DNA from: an uncultured Gemmatimonadales bacterium
GTDB lineage: Bacteria > Gemmatimonadota > Gemmatimonadetes > Longimicrobiales > RSA9
Length of the DNA stretch: 64,000 nt
Assembly (NCBI GenBank): GCA_963798085.1
Contig: CAWCRS010000005.1
Coordinates: 96,001-160,000 of the forward strand
Reading direction: 5' to 3'
The stretch's first letter is position 1. Every line of letters begins with the position of its first letter. Below the pieces are notes generated by a model, which was not told the origin of the DNA, did no database searches, and saw nothing but the letters and a program-made list of their open reading frames with translations. A program made the translations under genes and the position numbers. Below are positions 11,265-21,055 of the stretch, in pieces.

Positions 11265-12176
11265 TCAGTAGGCGAGGAGTGAGAAGTCCAGGCTCGCCAT
11301 GATCGAGGCTTTCACCTTCCAGCCGACATCGACCGGTCGATAAACTGCGTTGAACGCCCCGCTCGGGAAGGGTGCAAATACATGAACTCCGGCGCCCAGC
11401 CGGATGGCGCGCCAGAACCATGCGGCGCCCGGAGAGGGTCGATACACCAGCAGAACGGGATACGAAAAGCTCCAGAACGGCCTGATGTCGCCGGAGTAGT
11501 AGCTCATCGAAATGCCCGTCTCGACCGCGAAGTTGCGCTGGACGAGATACTCGACGGTCGGCCGAATGGATATGATGTTCGCGGCGGTCGAATCGGTGGT
11601 GTGATCCGTGGCGCCGAAAAAAGTCAGGCGGGCGCGCACGCCGCGCCCGGGATCCACGGCATCCGGATCGTGCGCGAGAACGTCGAGCGCGTCGAGCAAT
11701 TGCCGGGCATGGAATCGCGCCCGCGCCACCGCAATGCTGAGTTTTTCGAGTGCTGCAAGCTGCACCTGGCCGGTATCGGGCAGCTCACGGGCAATTCGGG
11801 CCAGTGCCGTACGTACGCGCTGCACGTCCCGCTCGCTGTAGGCAATGTCCCAGCGCAAAGTGGCGGCCTGCTGCATTGCGGCGGCGGCCCAGACCTGCAG
11901 CGTATCGAGATCGACGCGTACGGGACCGTCGAGGTGCAATCTTTCCCACGCGCGCAACGCACCCACGCGATCCAGCACGCGCTGGATCGCCATGGGGTCG
12001 AGTTTCAGGCCCGGCCGGTAGCCCACCGAGAAGGTGCCGCCGCCACCCACGAACTGCGGGCCGCTCAGCTTGTGGATCCAGTCGAAGAGCGGCCCTATCT
12101 GTGCGTTAGCCCGCACAGCGCTGGCCATGCACAGAGCGGCGACGATACCTGCCACGCGGAGCGCACCCATCATCAT
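11265..12176 (-). CDS. Hypothetical exported protein, possibly with a beta-rich C-terminal half
   Basis: Signal peptide (MMMGALRVAGIVAALCMASAVRANAQ), GGAGGAGG RBS, and ATGA overlap with the kinase stop codon. Confidence 0.65.
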   Translation of the reverse strand: MMMGALRVAGIVAALCMASAVRANAQIGPLFDWIHKLSGPQFVGGGGTFSVGYRPGLKLDPMAIQRVLDRVGALRAWERLHLDGPVRVDLDTLQVWAAAAMQQAATLRWDIAYSERDVQRVRTALARIARELPDTGQVQLAALEKLSIAVARARFHARQLLDALDVLAHDPDAVDPGRGVRARLTFFGATDHTTDSTAANIISIRPTVEYLVQRNFAVETGISMSYYSGDIRPFWSFSYPVLLVYRPSPGAAWFWRAIRLGAGVHVFAPFPSGAFNAVYRPVDVGWKVKASIMASLDFSLLAY

Positions 12177-14038
12177 GGTGTCCCTCCTCCCGACGGTTCC
12201 GGACGGGTAACCGACAGACACTCGAGCTGTCCGCTGTCGAAGACGCCGGGCTCCTCGAACGGGTAGCCGGCAATGTGTTTGTGCTGCAGGCTGGCCGCAC
12301 GCTCCCTGGGCAGCACGAACGTGCTGCGGCGCACCGGATCGTAGACCACGAACTCCGAGTTAGTCTCCTTCAGGAGGTAGCCGCGCGCACCGTCCACCAG
12401 AACACGCTCCTTACCGGCTTCCCAGAGCACGCGCCAGGGAGTCGTCAGCGCCAGCAGCAGGAGCAGGATGAGCACTGCGCTTCCCCATTGCGCCAGCGCG
12501 TAGCGCCGGGCACCCTCCGGACGGTGCAGCGGCCGGAAAACGCCCAGCCAGCCTGCGCACACGACGCCGATCAGTAACTCCAGAGTTATCGCAAAGCTTC
12601 GGTGCAGCGCGCGGTGGCCACACGCCAGCACCTCCGTGTCGGCCGTGAAGAGAGGCACCAGCATGGACCAGAACAGCGTGAGGACGAGCCCGGAAAGAAC
12701 AATGGCGCCCGCGAAATAGAGGTCCGCGATGATGCCCGGGTCGATCGACGCTCCCCACTGGCTCAGCCGCTCCGCTCTCTGGCGCACCGCGCGTGTGATC
12801 TGCGCGGCAATGTGGGGCAGCAGGTGCCGCAGGACCGCCCGGGCCGCGCGCACCACGTACCACACGAGCAGCCCGGCGATCGCTGCGATACAGCAATCCA
12901 GCAGAACCGGAAACAGCGCCTGCGCTCCAACCACCACGAAATCGGAGCGCGTAGGCGTGTACTGCGCCGGAACACCGAGTTTAATGTCGAACGCCTTCGT
13001 GCTCAGGAAGCCGATGATGGTCAGCAGCAGGAGCACCGCAGTCGCCACGATCGCGCTGATGCCCAGCCGTCGGGCCGTGGAGAGCGGCGACGCCGGCCGG
13101 GGCGCGCGCGGCTGAGCGGTAGCATCCGCAGCCTCCGTCGGCGGTACGACCTGGCTCACTGCCCCCGTCGCCGGATGGGAGCCGCCGCTGCGCACACGCG
13201 CCCGCTCCGCCTCCGCCAGCGCGCGCGCAAATTCCGTCGCCAATGCATAGCGGTCGGCGGGCACGATGGCGAGCGACCGGAGCACCACACGCTCGACGTC
13301 CTCATCCACCGTCGCTCGCACCACGCGAAGTGACGGCACCGGTTCCACCGATTTGCGCGACATGACCGCCTGCGGCGTGGACCCGGTGAACGGCGGGTCG
13401 CCTGCCAGCATCTCGTACAACACGCAACCCAGCGAATAGACGTCGCTGCGTCCATCCAGCCGGCGCACGCCGCCGGCCTGCTCCGGGCTCATGTAGCGCG
13501 CCGTCCCCGGCACCAGGCCCGTCGACGTCAGCCGCTCCTGCGTGACCGCATCAATGGCAATGGCGATGCCGAAATCCATTACCACCGCGTGATTCGCCAG
13601 CAGCATCACGTTCTGCGGCTTGATGTCACGGTGGATCACGCCACGGGTGTGCGCGAAGCCCAATGCCTCCGCGATTTCGCGGCCGATGGCCAGTGCATCG
13701 TCGATCGCCATCTGGCCCTCGCGATCGAGACGGTCGCGCAGCGTTTCGCCTTCCACGTAGGGCATGACGAAGTAGCAGAAGTCGTCCGCCACGCCGGAAT
13801 CGTGCAGCGGCAGGATATTGGGATGCGTGAGCTGCGCGACCAGGTGGATCTCGCGCAGGAAGCGCTCGCGGCCGGCGGGCGTGCTGAACTCGGGGCGCAA
13901 CACCTTGAGCGCCACCTGCCGGCCGTGCTTCAGATCACGACCCAGGTAGACGCGCGCCATGCCTCCGGCACCCAGTTCGCGGTCGATGACGTAGCGACCG
14001 GCGAGAGCCGCGTTCACCCGCTCGGGGGAGTCTGCCAT
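12173..14038 (-). CDS. Hanks-type Ser/Thr protein kinase with a C-terminal multi-pass membrane region
   Basis: ELGAGGMARVY, VALKVL, IHRDIKPQN, DFG, GTARYMSPE and SDVYSLG, followed by several hydrophobic helices. Start at 14038 chosen from the typical N-terminus. Confidence 0.9.
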   Translation of the reverse strand: MADSPERVNAALAGRYVIDRELGAGGMARVYLGRDLKHGRQVALKVLRPEFSTPAGRERFLREIHLVAQLTHPNILPLHDSGVADDFCYFVMPYVEGETLRDRLDREGQMAIDDALAIGREIAEALGFAHTRGVIHRDIKPQNVMLLANHAVVMDFGIAIAIDAVTQERLTSTGLVPGTARYMSPEQAGGVRRLDGRSDVYSLGCVLYEMLAGDPPFTGSTPQAVMSRKSVEPVPSLRVVRATVDEDVERVVLRSLAIVPADRYALATEFARALAEAERARVRSGGSHPATGAVSQVVPPTEAADATAQPRAPRPASPLSTARRLGISAIVATAVLLLLTIIGFLSTKAFDIKLGVPAQYTPTRSDFVVVGAQALFPVLLDCCIAAIAGLLVWYVVRAARAVLRHLLPHIAAQITRAVRQRAERLSQWGASIDPGIIADLYFAGAIVLSGLVLTLFWSMLVPLFTADTEVLACGHRALHRSFAITLELLIGVVCAGWLGVFRPLHRPEGARRYALAQWGSAVLILLLLLALTTPWRVLWEAGKERVLVDGARGYLLKETNSEFVVYDPVRRSTFVLPRERAASLQHKHIAGYPFEEPGVFDSGQLECLSVTRPEPSGGGTP

Positions 14039-14256
14039 GGAGGCCAAGATAGGCGCACCTCGGGAGACGGAGTAGAAGCGCGCTGATGCAGCACCGGCGG
14101 CCGGATTTCGGCGGCAGCATCGACCCGCACCGGGTGCATCGGTACAGACGGTCCGCGTTCGCGGTTTCCGGATGACAGGCACGTTGCCGGCGAGTGCGCG
14201 CAGCACCGTGACTGCGCAGCGCCCACCTTCGGTACCGTCGGTAATCTGTTGGGAAA

Positions 14257-14330
<74 letters not shown>

Positions 14331-14352
14331 CGACCGTGCTGACAGGATCGCA

Positions 14353-14382
14353 AAACTAACGCCCGCATGCACCTGCGGGCAA
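14353..14382 (-). promoter_or_regulatory. Possible sigma-70 promoter for tRNA-Ile
   Basis: TTGCCC-N18-TAGTTT about 22 nt upstream of the tRNA 5' end. Confidence 0.35.
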
Positions 14383-14535
14383 CCGGCGCGGGCCCCGCCC
14401 ACGCCCTCCTGCGCCGCCTGTCCCGCGCTTCTCGAAACGCCCTCCTGCAACCGGCCGGAACTTGTGTCATGCGGGGACCGCTGCGCGTCGTTCCTTGTAC
14501 AACGAAGCGGTTCACATCCACGAAGCGAGGCTCTC

Positions 14536-15018
14536 ATGCGCCGCCCCTGGTCTTTCCGCATCCAGCCGCTTGCGCTGCTGCTCATGCTGATCGCTATCGC
14601 GGGCACGTCCTGCAGAGGGCTCGACGACGACAGCGGCGGCGAGCAGCAACGCCTGGATGCGAATCGTGCCCGCTGGCGCGATCAGCATGTCGACAGCTAC
14701 ACCTACGTCCTGACCCGCATCTGCTTCTGCGCGGACGCCAACAGGCCCGCGAGCGTAGTGGTACGCAATGGTCAGCGCATCTCGGTCACGGATGTCGCGT
14801 CCGGGCAGCCCGTGGTCGCCGGCCTCGCGCCCCTGTACCTGACCGTGGACGAGCTGTTCGACTTCATTGCCAACGCCATCGATCGCAAGGCGGCGAAGAT
14901 CGACGTACAGTACGACGCCACGCTCGGCTACCCCACCAGCATCGCCATCGACTACAGCGTCAATATCGCCGACGAGGAGATGTCCTTCAAAACAGCGGCG
15001 CTGCAGACACAGCGCTGA
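14536..15018 (+). CDS. Putative lipoprotein, DUF6174-like
   Basis: Hydrophobic leader ending AGTSC; NRARW...YTYVLTRICFC...YDATLGYPTSIAID...ADEE pattern. Confidence 0.7.
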   Translation: MRRPWSFRIQPLALLLMLIAIAGTSCRGLDDDSGGEQQRLDANRARWRDQHVDSYTYVLTRICFCADANRPASVVVRNGQRISVTDVASGQPVVAGLAPLYLTVDELFDFIANAIDRKAAKIDVQYDATLGYPTSIAIDYSVNIADEEMSFKTAALQTQR

Positions 15019-15087
15019 TGTCAGCAGGCGACGAAGCGTCGGAGACTCTTCGTCGCCTGTCATCCGTGTTCTTCGATCTGACCGGGT

Positions 15088-15756
15088 TCAGTCCGCTCCG
15101 GGTTCCAGCGCCAGCAGATCCGTGAGTTGCTGCAGCAGATGATCGGGGCCGGCCGCACACAATGTGTCGTGGCCGAACGGACCCCAGAGTGCGCCCGCCG
15201 TGCGCACCCCCGCCGCGCGTCCCGCCTGCACGTCCACGGGCGCATCGCCCACGAACAGCACGCGCCGCCCATCCGCCAAATGCAGTCTCGCCATGGCCGT
15301 CAGCACAGGCTCGGGATCGGGTTTGCCGCGAAGCACGTCTTCCGGCGTGATGATGACGTCGAAGCAGTCGAGCAGACCGCAGGTGTTCAACGTGCGCAGC
15401 GTCATTTCGCGGTGCTTGCTCGTCACCAGTGCCAGCGGCACGCCGCCCTCGGCGTAGCGATCGAGCACTTCACGCGCGCCGGGATAGGGCCGCACCATCT
15501 GATCGTGCACCGTGCGCTGGAAAGCGCGATACGTCTCCTGCATGGCCAGAGCTTCGTGATCGGAGCGCGCGAAGCCCGCCAGCTGCGTGGGCAGCGGCGT
15601 GCCCATGCCTGCCAGCCACAACGCATCCGGCAATTCGTGACCCAGGTGCGTGCGCATCGTGTAGCGATAACAGCTGAGTATCAGCTCCACCGAATCGGCG
15701 AGCGTTCCATCCAGGTCGAACAGCAGTGCATCCCAGGCCGGCAGCATGGTTCCCAT
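15088..15756 (-). CDS. HAD-family hydrolase (PpaX/Gph-like)
   Basis: LFDLDGTLADS, LVTSK, KPDPEP and FVGDAPVD motifs. Confidence 0.88.
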   Translation of the reverse strand: MGTMLPAWDALLFDLDGTLADSVELILSCYRYTMRTHLGHELPDALWLAGMGTPLPTQLAGFARSDHEALAMQETYRAFQRTVHDQMVRPYPGAREVLDRYAEGGVPLALVTSKHREMTLRTLNTCGLLDCFDVIITPEDVLRGKPDPEPVLTAMARLHLADGRRVLFVGDAPVDVQAGRAAGVRTAGALWGPFGHDTLCAAGPDHLLQQLTDLLALEPGAD

Positions 15757-15947
15757 CGTTGCGGTTTTCTGTCCCTGAGTCTCGGCTTCGCGCCCGTTGT
15801 GCTGCATCGCTGGGGCGTGACCGCAGCGTCTCGCTTCGACCGGCCGCTGCGGAACCCTGTCGGGAAATACCCCCATGTTCCCGTGGCGCCGCACCCCGTC
15901 TGGCGTACGGGGTACGTGAATGCCGTTTTTCCCCTGATGGACGACGC

Positions 15948-17490
15948 ATGAGCCTCGCATTCCAACAGGTAGTTGCCGCGTGGCGTGACACCGCGTCCAA
16001 TCCGGCGCGCACGGCCAAGATCGAACGGCTCGCTGCATGCCTGCGCGCCGCATCGCCCGCGGACGCCGCGACTGCCGCCGCCTGGCTGACGGGTGAACCC
16101 GCGCAGGGTCGCATGGGCGTGGGACCCGCCGCCATCTTTGCGGCTCGGGAAACGCCGGCCGCGGAGGAAGCCCGCCTCACCGTGCAGGAAGTCGACGCCG
16201 CGTTCGATCGCATCGCCGCGGCTCGCGGCGCCGGCTCGACGCGAGCGCGCGCGGAATCGCTGCAGCGGCTCTTTGGCGGCGCCACGCGGGACCAGCAGGA
16301 TTTCCTCACGCACCTGCTCATGGGCGAGCTGCGCCAGGGCGCGCTCGATGGCGTGATGGCGGACGCGATTGCGCGTGCCGCCGACGTGCCACCCGCGGCC
16401 GTGCGCCGCGCCCTGATGCTCGCCGGCAGTCTCGCCGAAGTAACGCGCACCGCCATGGAGCGTGGCGAAGCGGGGCTTGGCAGCTTCGCGCTGCGCCTGT
16501 TCCTGCCGCTGCGGCCCATGCTGGCGCAGACGGCGGCTGATCCCCGTGATGCACTCGAGCGCCTGGGCGAAGCCGCGTTCGAATACAAGCTCGATGGCGC
16601 GCGCATTCAGGTGCACCGCGCCGGCGACGACGTGCGCATCTATACGCGCAATCTCAACGACGTCACGGATTCGCTGCCTGACGTCGTCGCGGCCGTGCGC
16701 GCACTGCCGGCCGCAGAACTGATTCTCGATGGCGAAGCGATCGCCCTGCGCGCCGACGGTTCGCCGCTGCCCTTCCAGGTCACAATGCGCCGCTTCGGCC
16801 GCAAGCTCGACGTCGAGCGATTGCGCCAGGAGATTCCGCTGCGGTGCTGCTTCTTCGACTGCCTGCACATTGATGGGCAGCACACTGCTGCAGTTGCCTG
16901 CGGCCGAACGCTTCGCCGCGCTCGCAGGCACCGCGCCCGCGCCCATGGTGATTCCGCGCATGGTCACAGCAGTGGCGGAACAGGCGACAACGTTTCTGGA
17001 CGCAGCGCGCGCCGTCGGACACGAGGGTGTCGTCGCCAAGGCGCTGACGGCGCCTTACGATGCGGGCGCCCGCGGCGGCAGCTGGCTCAAGATCAAGCCC
17101 GCGCACACGCTCGACCTCGTCGTGCTCGCAGCCGAATGGGGTCACGGCCGACGCCGTGGCTGGCTCAGCAATCTGCACCTGGGCGCGCGCAATCCAGCGG
17201 GCGGTTTCGTCATGCTGGGCAAGACCTTCAAGGGACTCACCGACGCCATGCTCGAGTGGCAGACGCGCGCGCTGCTGGAGCGCGAAGTGGCGCGCAACGA
17301 CTACACTGTGTTCGTGCGCCCCGACCTGGTCGTGGAGGTGGCCTTCAACGAGGTGCAGGCCAGTCCGCGCTATCCCGGTGGTCTGGCGCTGCGCTTCGCG
17401 CGCGTCAAAGCCTACCGCCCCGACAAGGACGCCGCGGCTGCGGACTCCATCGACACGGTGCGCGCGCTGCACGGTCCGTCGCTCGAGTAG
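15948..17490 (+). CDS. ATP-dependent DNA ligase (LigB-like), frameshifted near 16876
   Basis: EYKLDG motif I and LILDGE in the first frame; EGVVAK, WLKIK and LRFAR in the second frame. One extra G in GATGGGCAGC joins the two frames. Confidence 0.88.
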
Positions 17491-17551
17491 CGCAGGCGTT
17501 CGAACACATTGGCGGACTTGCCAGCGGACGCATCCAGTAACAGCCTTCGGA

Positions 17552-20500
17552 ATGCAGACGGAATCTGCGGTGCGCGATGCGGCCTCGATGGCGGGAACGG
17601 TGACGCTGCTGTTCAGCGACATTGAGGGCTCGACTCGTCTGCTGCAGAATCTGGGCGACGCGTACGCTGCCCTGCTGGCGAGGCACCATGAGATCATGCG
17701 CTCGGCCACCGCGCAGTGGCAGGGCCGCGTCGTCGATAATGCCGGGGACGGATTCTTCCTCGTCTTCCCCCGCGCTCGCGATGCGGTGCAGGCCGCGGCC
17801 GGGGTGCAGCGCGCTCTTGCGCAGCAGGCGTGGCCGGCGGGCGCGCGAGTGCGCGTGCGCATGGGCCTGCACACGGGAGAGCCGGCCGTCGGGGGCGGCG
17901 GCTACATCGGTCTCGACGTGCATCGCGCGGCCCGCATCTGCGGCGCTGCGGCCGGTGGCCAGGTACTGCTGAGCGCCACCACACGTCAGCTCGTGGATCC
18001 CGATCTGCCGGGCGGCATGACGCTGCGCGATGTGGGCCGTCACCGCCTCAAGGATCTGCGCGAACCGGAGCATCTCTTCCAGCTGCTGATCGACGGCGTG
18101 CCCTCCGAGTTTGCCGTCGTGGGCGGCGCGGCGGGCCTGCACAACTTCCCCGCGCCCGGCACGTCGCTCGTCGGCCGCGACCGCGAGATCCGCGAAGTCT
18201 GTGCGCTCTTGCGCCGCCATGATGTGCGTGCGCTCACGCTCACCGGCGCCGGCGGCACCGGCAAGACGCGCCTCGCCCTGGCAGCGGCGAGCCTGCTGAC
18301 CGATGACTTCCGCGATGGCGTCTGGTTCGTGCCGCTCGCCTCGCTGCGCGATCCCGCGCTCGTCGCGCCATCCATAGCTCGCGTGTTAGGTCTGACCGAG
18401 CACCCCGCGCGCTCCGCCGCCGACGTGCTCGCCGAGGAGCTGGCCAGCCAGCGCGCGCTGCTCGTGCTCGACAACTTCGAGCAGGTGAGTGGCGCCGCCA
18501 CCGTGGTGGCCGCTTTGCTGCAGCGCTGTCCGCAGCTGTGCGTGTTGACCACGAGCCGTGGCGTGCTGCACCTGAGCAGCGAACGCGAGTACCCGGTGGC
18601 GCCGCTCGCGTTGCCCGGGCGGGAGCGCTGGAGCAACACCACGGCGCTGCGCGCGGCGCCGGCTATCACGCTGTTTGTGCAGCGTGCGCGCAGTGTCCGC
18701 GGCGACTTCGAACTGGGGCCCGACAATGCGGCCGCCATTGCGGAAATATGCGCGCGTCTGGATGGGTTGCCGCTCGCCATCGAGCTGGCCGCTGCACGAA
18801 TCCGCCTCTTCTCCCCGCAGGCGCTGCTGGCCAGGCTGGGCCGCACCCTGGACGTGCTCAAGGGCGGCGCGCGCGACCTGCCCGAACGCCATCAGGCCCT
18901 GCGCCAGACCATCGCCTGGAGTCACGACCTGCTCTCGCCGCAGGAACAGGCGCTGTTCCGCCGTCTCTCCGTTTTCGTCGGCGGCTGCACCATCGAGACC
19001 GCCGAACGCATCGCCGGTGCGGCGGGCCCGCTTCCGCTCGACGTACTCGATGGCATCGCCGCACTCGTCGATCGCAGTCTGCTGCGACGCGAAGAGGAAG
19101 CCAGCGACGGCATACGCTTCTCCATGCTGGCCACCATTCGGGATTTCGGCCTGGAACAACTTGAGCAGGCGACAGAATCGCACGCCGCGCTCGCCGCCCA
19201 CGCCGCCAGCTTCCTCGCCCTCGCCGAGCAGGCGGCCGAACGATTGACGGGCCCGGAGGTGAGTCTCTGGCTGGACCGGCTGGAGGCAGAGCACGACAAC
19301 CTGCGCGCCGCGCTCGCGTGGGCCGTGACGGAGCACGATGCCGACACCGCGCTGCGCCTGGGTGCCGCGCTCTGGCGCTTCTGGGTGATCCGCGGACACA
19401 TGCATGAAGGAAAGGCGCAGCTGGCACGCGTGCTCGCTCTGCCCGGTGCAGCCACGCTCGGCAGGACGCGCGCGCAGGCGCTGTATGGACTGGGCACGAT
19501 CACCCACGAGATCAGCGACTACGCCCCGGCGCGCCCCATGCTCGAGGAATGTCTCGGACTGTGGCGCCAACTGGGCGATGCCCGCGGCGTAGCCAGCGCC
19601 ACCACAGCACTCGGCTGGGTCGACATGATGCTGAGCGATCTGGACAGCGCCGAGAGCCTCTCGAACGAGGCCCTCGCGCTGCACCGCGCGCAGGGTGACG
19701 AGCGCGGCGTCGCACTCGCGCTGAATCAGCTCGGCTGGGTCTGTATCTGGCGCGGTCGGCTGCACGAGGCCCGGCCGCTGCTCGCCGAAGGCCTGGCCTG
19801 CCGGCGTCGCCTCGGGGATCGCAGGGGCATTGCCTTCGCGCAGACCAACCTCGCGTTCGCTCTGACCGTCGCCGGTGAGTATGCGGAGGCGGCGCAGCTG
19901 CTCGAGGAAGCGATCGTCACCTTCACGATCCTCCGCGACACGCAGCTCATTGCCTGGTGCCTTTGCCGGCAGGGCGCTCTGGCGTGCGAGCGGGGCCAGC
20001 CCGAGCAGGCGGGCCACGTGCTCGAAGAGAGCCAGCGCCTGTGCCGCGAAGTGGGCAACAAGTACGGTCTGGCACTCAGTCTTCTGTACCTGAGCATCAG
20101 CCTGCTGGATCGCGGTCTGCCCGACGAAGCCGCGGGCCATCTGCAAACCAGTCTGGCGCTGCTCGACGAAACGAAGGCGCGCAGCGCGCACGCTCTGGCG
20201 CTTTGCGCGCTGGGACAGCTGGAGATTCGTGTGGGCCGTCTCACGGACGCGGCGAGGCATCTCGAGCAGAGCCTCGCCACGCGTCTCGAAGTCGCCGACT
20301 ACGTGGGCGCCGCCGAGTGCGCGGAGGCCGTCGCCGCACTCGCCGTCGAGCAGCAGGAATTTGCCGATGCGGACCTCCTGCTGGCTGCCGCGCACGGCCT
20401 GCGCACGGCCGGTGGAGGTCCCATCCCCGTGCGCCTGAGAGACGCAACGGATGCATTGCGCCTGCGCGTACGCGACGCGCGGCCGGATACGTCAGCCGCC

Positions 20501-20578
20501 AGTTCGCTGCAATCAGCCGGCGCTGCCATGGCGCAGGTGCGTGCGATCAGCCAGCGCGTGACTGCGCGTCTCGCCTGA
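17552..20578 (+). CDS. Class III adenylate/guanylate cyclase + STAND (NB-ARC-like) ATPase + TPR protein
   Basis: LLFSDIEGST, AGDGFF, VRMGLHTGE; Walker A GAGGTGKT, LLVLDNFEQ and LDGLPLAIELAA; C-terminal TPR-like repeats. Confidence 0.9.
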   Translation: MQTESAVRDAASMAGTVTLLFSDIEGSTRLLQNLGDAYAALLARHHEIMRSATAQWQGRVVDNAGDGFFLVFPRARDAVQAAAGVQRALAQQAWPAGARVRVRMGLHTGEPAVGGGGYIGLDVHRAARICGAAAGGQVLLSATTRQLVDPDLPGGMTLRDVGRHRLKDLREPEHLFQLLIDGVPSEFAVVGGAAGLHNFPAPGTSLVGRDREIREVCALLRRHDVRALTLTGAGGTGKTRLALAAASLLTDDFRDGVWFVPLASLRDPALVAPSIARVLGLTEHPARSAADVLAEELASQRALLVLDNFEQVSGAATVVAALLQRCPQLCVLTTSRGVLHLSSEREYPVAPLALPGRERWSNTTALRAAPAITLFVQRARSVRGDFELGPDNAAAIAEICARLDGLPLAIELAAARIRLFSPQALLARLGRTLDVLKGGARDLPERHQALRQTIAWSHDLLSPQEQALFRRLSVFVGGCTIETAERIAGAAGPLPLDVLDGIAALVDRSLLRREEEASDGIRFSMLATIRDFGLEQLEQATESHAALAAHAASFLALAEQAAERLTGPEVSLWLDRLEAEHDNLRAALAWAVTEHDADTALRLGAALWRFWVIRGHMHEGKAQLARVLALPGAATLGRTRAQALYGLGTITHEISDYAPARPMLEECLGLWRQLGDARGVASATTALGWVDMMLSDLDSAESLSNEALALHRAQGDERGVALALNQLGWVCIWRGRLHEARPLLAEGLACRRRLGDRRGIAFAQTNLAFALTVAGEYAEAAQLLEEAIVTFTILRDTQLIAWCLCRQGALACERGQPEQAGHVLEESQRLCREVGNKYGLALSLLYLSISLLDRGLPDEAAGHLQTSLALLDETKARSAHALALCALGQLEIRVGRLTDAARHLEQSLATRLEVADYVGAAECAEAVAALAVEQQEFADADLLLAAAHGLRTAGGGPIPVRLRDATDALRLRVRDARPDTSAASSLQSAGAAMAQVRAISQRVTARLA

Positions 20579-20600
20579 GCGCCGGGACCACACATGGCAG

Positions 20601-20632
20601 AAAAGAAGAGCCCCGCCGGTCGGGCGGGGCTC
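20601..20632 (-). terminator. Intrinsic terminator downstream of the small acidic protein
   Basis: Perfect 10-bp stem GAGCCCCGCC/GGCGGGGCTC (20608-20632) with a 5-nt loop, followed on the minus strand by TTCTTTT. Confidence 0.75.
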
Positions 20633-20706
20633 GCTGGCCGCACGCGGATCGGGCCGCCGGCAATTCGCCGAGGCGCTACCCGGGCGTTATCGCTCAACGG
20701 ACGCGA

Positions 20707-20919
20707 TCACTCCTCCTCTTCTTCCTCGGCTTCCCATTCCCCATCCTCCTCCTCATCCCATTCCTCGTCCCACTCTTCTTCTTCTTCCCAGTCCTCCTCG
20801 TCCTCCCAATCCTCGTCTTCGTCGTCCCAGTCCTCGTCCCATTCCTCTTCCTCAGCGTCGTCATCATATGCGAGGACGAGTTCTTCGAGGGAACCAGTGT
20901 CGATCCACGCGTCCGCCAT
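20707..20919 (-). CDS. Small, extremely acidic Trp-spaced protein (70 aa)
   Basis: AAAGGAG RBS before ATG 20919; 46 of 70 residues are D/E, 8 are W, and none are K/R. Has its own promoter and terminator candidates. Confidence 0.75.
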   Translation of the reverse strand: MADAWIDTGSLEELVLAYDDDAEEEEWDEDWDDEDEDWEDEEDWEEEEEWDEEWDEEEDGEWEAEEEEEE

Positions 20920-21001
20920 CGGTGGCTTTCTCCTTTGATTCAGGCGGTCCAGACAGGTAAGCCCGCACGGGCAACGGCGACGCGCGGTGCCCGGTGGCGC
21001 C

Positions 21002-21029
21002 AAGGTAAACGGCTCGCCCCGGGTGTCAA
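21002..21029 (-). promoter_or_regulatory. Sigma-70-type promoter for the acidic protein gene
   Basis: TTGACA-N16-TACCTT on the minus strand. Confidence 0.6.
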
Positions 21030-21055
21030 GAGTCATATTGGTGAGGCTTTTCAGG

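Noticed and set aside
20707..20870. TCC/TCG-rich tract as a CRISPR array or non-coding microsatellite
   Set aside because: There is no repeat-spacer structure; it is explained by Asp/Glu codons on the minus strand.
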